Origin: Squalus acanthias
Taxonomy: Eukaryota
Length of the DNA stretch: 64,000 bases
Assembly (NCBI GenBank): GCA_030390025.1
Contig: CM059433.1
Location: 19,532,001-19,596,000 of the forward strand
Direction of reading: 5' to 3'
Position numbers and translations under genes: made by a program. Of this stretch, positions 58,486 through 64,000 are shown piece after piece; the stretch's first letter is position 1, and each line of letters starts with the position of its first letter. Under the pieces are notes generated by a model. It did not search any database, had not been told where the DNA came from, and was given only the letters and a program-made list of their open reading frames with translations.

Positions 58486-61161
58486 AAATGTTTTAGTTAT
58501 TAGGACCAGCTCACAGAATTCTGGGCTATTTTATTAGAGAACTGCGGGGATTTGTTTCAATCTCATTTGAGGTTTGTTAATGTTTGTATCCTGTACTGAC
58601 AGGCGGGCATTCATAGTCAAGGGAGGATTGAATGGCAGCTTTTGGTTATCAGGATCTGAGCTCCATTTTCACAATGCCCAAACTTCAGACACTTTCAAGT
58701 TAAAGTCTAATTATAAAAACTCAGAACACTCACTCTTTCCCTGGCTTCAGAAGTTGTTTCTAGTCATTTAAGATTTTTGATTTCTTAGGTGATGCACTAG
58801 CATTGAAAGTTTATGGCATGGAGACAATTTTGAGACAATTGTGGATTCATTATGGTAAAAATGTCAGAAGATGTGAAAAATATGGTAAAAATCATGAATA
58901 GTCGCAAATAGGTTTTTGGAAGCTTGTTGGTAGCAACTTGAGAAGGGAAAATTGAATGAGAGTCAAGGTTGCATCATCCTTGGCTGCCAACAGGAGACAT
59001 TGATAGCAGCCAAGAAGCTAAGACTATAAAGGAGTTGAATCCCATATAGATGGAAGTAACAAGAGGTTATTGGCCAGGAATATTTTCCATTGTGCATTCG
59101 TACTACTAGCCACTTGCTTTTGGTGGCACTGCAAAGTTAAGTGCAATTGCTGTCAGATTGTATTTTCCACAAAAACATAATATTAGATTATCCCATTAAC
59201 TAAAACACCATTTGGGTCAATGATGGGAGCGAATTTCAGGAGAACATGTTTCTTCCATTCGTCACATTTTAAACCTTATACTCCACGTGTTTTATAGCTC
59301 CATTTTTGAACAAGCTTAAACATCGTTGTAAGATATATTTCTGACAAGAAAAAAATTGTTCTCTCAGTAGGCTTTGTTCAATATACTAAGGGTGCTTTAG
59401 TCAAAAGTGATGGCGACTCCTTTCTTAAGTAAACATCTTAACTGAAGATGCTCAGGCTGCGGAAACAGACAGGCTTGTTTGTTCATGGATTTGATAAGGT
59501 GAAGGATTTCTTTTGTGGGGACAGTATATTTTAAGTTCGAATTCAGGGATTAACAGTATTCTAGACAGATATGCGTTTTAACACAGGTAGCTGTGTGATT
59601 CTGGCTTTTCAAAGCACAGATTTACTGGATCACTGTGGCTGCGTATCAACCTGTCATCCAACTGCCCTGTCAATTATGTGTAAATTAAGTGATAGACTTC
59701 TAAACTGCACAAATTTGAGTGAGGGGGAGTGGGGGGTTCTCTACAAGTGTTGTGTTGCTGGATTCCAGGCAATATATGTTTATATTCTCATTAGCACTCT
59801 ATAGGACTTTTTATGTGCTTACATCTTGCAGTATGGGAAAGACTACAACGCAATTTTGGCTCAACATCATGGGGGCATAACAACTTTTCTACCTTGATAC
59901 TTAACTTAATCACGCTTCATAGGCAATCCCATCTTCAAAGAGGAAAGCATCCTTGAAGCAATGCTGCATTACACGCCTCTCAGTGACCTTATCAGTTTGA
60001 GCGTATCAGTGGGAAAGTTTGGACTAGTCTGCCACAGGGGAACTTTGGTGCAACATATGTTAAAAGTGCTATTATGGAGCTCAACTTAGCTCTCAAGAGG
60101 TTAAATTCACACAACAACAAGGCCAGCAGGTTTAGATTTGATTTCGGACACGGCATCTGAACCAGCTTGCTGCAAACAATGAACTATAGTTTGACATTCT
60201 AATGGCTGTTTACACTCATTACTGCTGTGCTGGTTTTATTCACTTAAACGCAGAGAGATTGAAGCAGTACCCGTGTGAAAGATGCAAGTATCTCGTCCAG
60301 GTCACAAGGGGGCGTTATTGTCACATCCCTGGGTCATGTCATTGTACCAGCAGATACAGGGCAGTGTGAGTCCACGCTCATTAAATGAAGACACTCAGAT
60401 TGTTTAAGGGAGCAGCTGATGCTGCTGAACCCAAGAAGTAACAAAACCGACATTATGTAAATTTTGGGAAACATACTGGAGCACAAAACAGCACTGTTGT
60501 TAACTTTGTTGGGCTGTTTATATTTACATAGATGAATCAGACTCTTACAAAAGAGTACATTAGCCCTTTGTGGACTTTTTTTTTACGCACTTATTGTGCT
60601 GTCTACTATTTTATTTATATCTTTGCTTCTGTAAATTTTAGTTTGTATAAAGTGGATTAAGTGTCTGATATTTTCTACCTTCTGGATTGCGAGGAAATGT
60701 GGTGGAGATCCCACATGAACTCCAGCATGCAATTTGTTATCAGCGTTCATTGTTGAATCTAGACTACAGTGCTCAGTCCTATTGATGCTAAACCTGCTAG
60801 TTTCAGATTGTAAGATTGGTGGGGACCATTGGCAGGCTGTTTGCACAAGAAAAACATGTTAGAAAAAAGCCTGGACCATAACAGCACAAATACTATTATC
60901 AACAACAGAATATCTTGCATCAGTGGATTACTTGGGGTTGCTGCTGATTTCACCAAAACCTTAACGATTGTGGTAGGATAAGGAGAGTCGTTTTGCGCAG
61001 AGAACGCACAGGCCAATAATTAATTATCTAATTTTGTCTGAAGGACATTATGTTAGGAGATTGCACTTAACCGGAGAGACACTTAGTGACAGCTGCAACC
61101 AGCTGGCTGCAGACTTGGAATCAGTAGCCATCCCATCAACTGCTGTGTTATTGATTCTCAG

Positions 61162-62795
61162 ACTGGAATTTTGCCTACCTGGGCGGGTCCGGTGCGGGCG
61201 GTGTCCGTGTCGGGTCGCGACCCCGCTGCTGGCTCCATCCCGCTATTGAAAATGAACTTACCTTAATGGGGCCTATTAAGCCCCGCCCAGCGCGTTACCC
61301 GGCCCAATAAGATGGAGCGGGTCTGGTGACATCATTCATGACGAGTTTTCAGCCGGGATCTTTAAAAGGACCATGGCCACGTTAGATTTGAAGTTTAATC
61401 TAACAGTGCTGTCAGTGCACTACAGCATTGGAGTGCTGCAAACACTGACAATGACTGCACAGAGGCAGAGGGCTGCACCCAGGCTCTCCGATGACTCTCT
61501 CCATATCCTTATGGAGGGAGTCAGAGCATGCAGGGAGGTCCTCTTCCCATCCAATGGGCGGAAGAGACCTCCCCAGGAGACCAAAACAGCCTGATTGCAG
61601 ATTGTAGAGAAGGTCACAAGCAGGGATATGGTCACGAGGACCTGGGTGCAGTGCCGCAAACGTTTCAATGCTCTCATTAGATCATGAAATGTCAGTACAA
61701 AGCCACACTCAACTGCATCCTGCTGTGCCTCTCATCACATCCCCATCACTCTGCCTTCCCTACCCTACTCCTGCACATCCTTACTCACACCAACATACCT
61801 TGCATGTCCACCCATCCCTCTCTATCTACATTATCACAACCCCATCTCACTAGCCACCCCTCACACTCACCCTCATCCTTGTGCAATCATACCAACTAAC
61901 AACACACAAGGGTAGCCACTTGGGTGTTTTATCCAATGTTTATGTAAAGTTTCTGTTAATGTGCTGTCAAACATAAAAATCTTTATTTTCAACACTTTCC
62001 GGTCTTGGACAGATTTGTATGCACCTTTGGAAGTGGCTTAGTGAGTTGCAGTGAATGGCAAGACATAACGGTACCCCCCGCAATGGTGATGAGTGTGAAA
62101 GGAATGGCTTGGGCATTGCAGGGATGCTGTATGGTGTTGGTGTGGGGTGGTGCCAACCTGACGCATCACGTGGCAGTCACATGGGTGTACAGTGTAAAAT
62201 TAACTAAATCTGGCCATGATGAGGCCATCCCTGGCCTCTCGGGCAGCAATGTGGTCGGGTGCTGTTGCCCTCTGTCCTGTGCAGCATCGGTTGATTGCGG
62301 AGAAGGTTGGTGTTGTTGTTGGTGCTGCTGGTGTGCCTGGTGCTGCTGGTGTTGGGGCTCATTGTGGTCAGATTCTGAGGACCAAGGTGAGACAGTATAA
62401 ACAGCACCCATGCTGATGGAATAGATGGCAGGTGAAGTACAGATGACAGAAGCATTCTGTCAATGGTGAGAGAGTTCTTCCAATGAGGTGAGACTGGATG
62501 GAGACTTTGCTGGAAACAGAGCTTTTACTGTACATTTGATGCTGTCAAATAATCAGCTGGAGCAATGGCTACTGAACTCCTGCCTCAGGTTGACAGATGT
62601 GCTTCCTGAGCTGCGTGAATCCCATGGCCATGCAGAGAACTTTAAAAAGTAAGTGAAAAAAGGCTCTCAAGTGCCTGTAAACTACCTGATAATTATTTCA
62701 ATTGGGTCACCCGCCGCTGCCGGTCGAGTCGGCTCTGCGATGACAGACTGGCCGGGGCAAAGGCGTGTGGGAGCGGGATGACGGCGGGTTCATTG
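61162..62795. mobile_element. Internally deleted Harbinger element (MADF exon +, transposase N- and C-terminal stubs -)
   Basis: MTAQRQRAAPRLSDDSLHILMEGV...RTWVQCRKRFNAL (61451-61686, internal stop). Minus strand MGAVY... (ATG 62411) lies next to C-terminal-like AREARDGLIMARFS*. Right end is uncertain. Confidence 0.75.
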
Positions 62796-63009
62796 ACTGA
62801 GGCCTCTGCTTTAGAGAAAACAAATCCTTCTGTCACTGCACCGGAAAGCTGAATGGCTTCTTTTGTTGCTTCGAGTAATATGTCACTGAGATTTGATACC
62901 GCCACAGACAAAAAAATTATTGCTTAATTGAAATGTAAGCACAGATGGAGGCCATTTCTGCTTATTGCACCTTTGTCACTTTGAGATCCACACTGGAGTT
63001 ATCTACTCG

Positions 63010-63372
63010 TTTCCTCTATCCTTTAATATTTTTCTTCTTCAACTGTCTATCTAACTAAATCTTAAATATTGTGATTGACTCTGCATCAACAGACAGATGT
63101 AGTAATGTGTTCCATATTCTAAAATAGGAGACATAGTAAATAATTCTGAGGGCCGAAGGAAGTTGCAAAGGGATATTGATAATATGGTGGAATGAGCAAA
63201 AAAGTGGCAGATGGAATTCAATGTTAGTAAATCTGAGGGGACACATTTTGGTAAAAATAATAGAAGTAATGACAGGCAAGGTGTTAAATTTTGTCTCATA
63301 GTACTCCTGTGAAGCACCTTGGGATGTTTTACTACACTAAAGGTGCTATATAAATGCAAGTTGTTGTTGTTA
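63010..63372. mobile_element. Mosaic of short CR1 pieces plus an L2-like tail (about 63276-63372)
   Basis: KWQMEFNVSK on +, RIWNTL on -, and tail ggtgctatataaatgcaagttgttgttg. Confidence 0.6.
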
Positions 63373-64000
63373 TGGAGGTGTACCACCTCTGAGTTTGAGG
63401 GACACCATCCTCAACAAGAACAAGCAGAGCTGCATGGGAAGAGGTCTTAGAGCAGGTAAGTATAACATATAAAGTTATAGCCTTCCAGATAACATAGAAG
63501 GCCCTCCCAGAGCTTGTTACGGTATGTTAGTCCTCTACTTATCCATTTGTACTAACCTGCAATGTTCTGCCTGAAACACACATACTGTCTGACATGAATC
63601 TTGTCATTCATGTATGAAATAATACTGGGCGGCCTGCTGGTGGCGCTGTCCAGGGAGAGTATAAATACTCGGGCATGGGCCCAGCTTGCTCAGGACATTC
63701 TTTAACAGGAACTAGGAAAGGACACAACTAGACCTCCATGTTGAAAAACAGTTGATTAAAGCTTTGTTTAACGTTTAGACCAAGTGCCTGGTAGTTTTCT
63801 TACGTCACTGTATATCCTTTTACCTTCATCAGTTTCTTACTCACTTGGAATGCTTTCTTCTCTTTACCTACTCCTTGCCTGGAACCCTTTTACCTTTAGC
63901 AGGTAAGCCCTTCAAACAATCCCTCACTGCACTTTTGCCAGGTTTCTTCACTTGGCAAGTACCTTGGAGGTGAAGTGGATATGGACTCATTCTTATCTTG

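Noticed and set aside
63630..63670. CTCF-like motif and TATAAATA as a promoter
   Set aside because: The motif has mismatches and there is no downstream gene evidence; short matches are expected by chance.
1..64000. Prokaryotic-type systems (CRISPR, defence operons, retrons)
   Set aside because: No regular repeat-spacer arrays or operon-like gene density. The RT and nuclease motifs belong to eukaryotic CR1, RTE, Penelope and Harbinger repeats.

Overview
Eukaryotic, repeat-dominated DNA with no prokaryotic operons, CRISPR arrays, rRNA or true tRNA genes. The repeat content (abundant CR1 LINEs, Deu-domain SacSINE1-like SINEs, Penelope-like GIY-YIG fragments, PIF/Harbinger transposons) points to a cartilaginous fish, probably a shark; this is an inference. 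No host protein-coding gene can be identified confidently, only a few weak candidate exons, so the window looks intronic or intergenic. The main structure is a PIF/Harbinger community. Two ~4 kb copies of one two-gene family (10809-14923, 46773-50675) each carry a DDE transposase converging on an intron-containing Myb/SANT(MADF)-like gene. In the first copy that gene still splices conceptually into an uninterrupted 513-aa ORF. There are several older Harbinger relics and at least five MITE families with GG(G)-starting TIRs and 3-bp TSDs. Penelope-like termini carry minimal hammerhead-ribozyme motifs, including a 93-bp ribozyme-bearing insert with a 12-bp TSD inside a transposase. One CR1 (45618-53270) has been split by four independent insertions. 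All alignments were done by eye; no searches were run.
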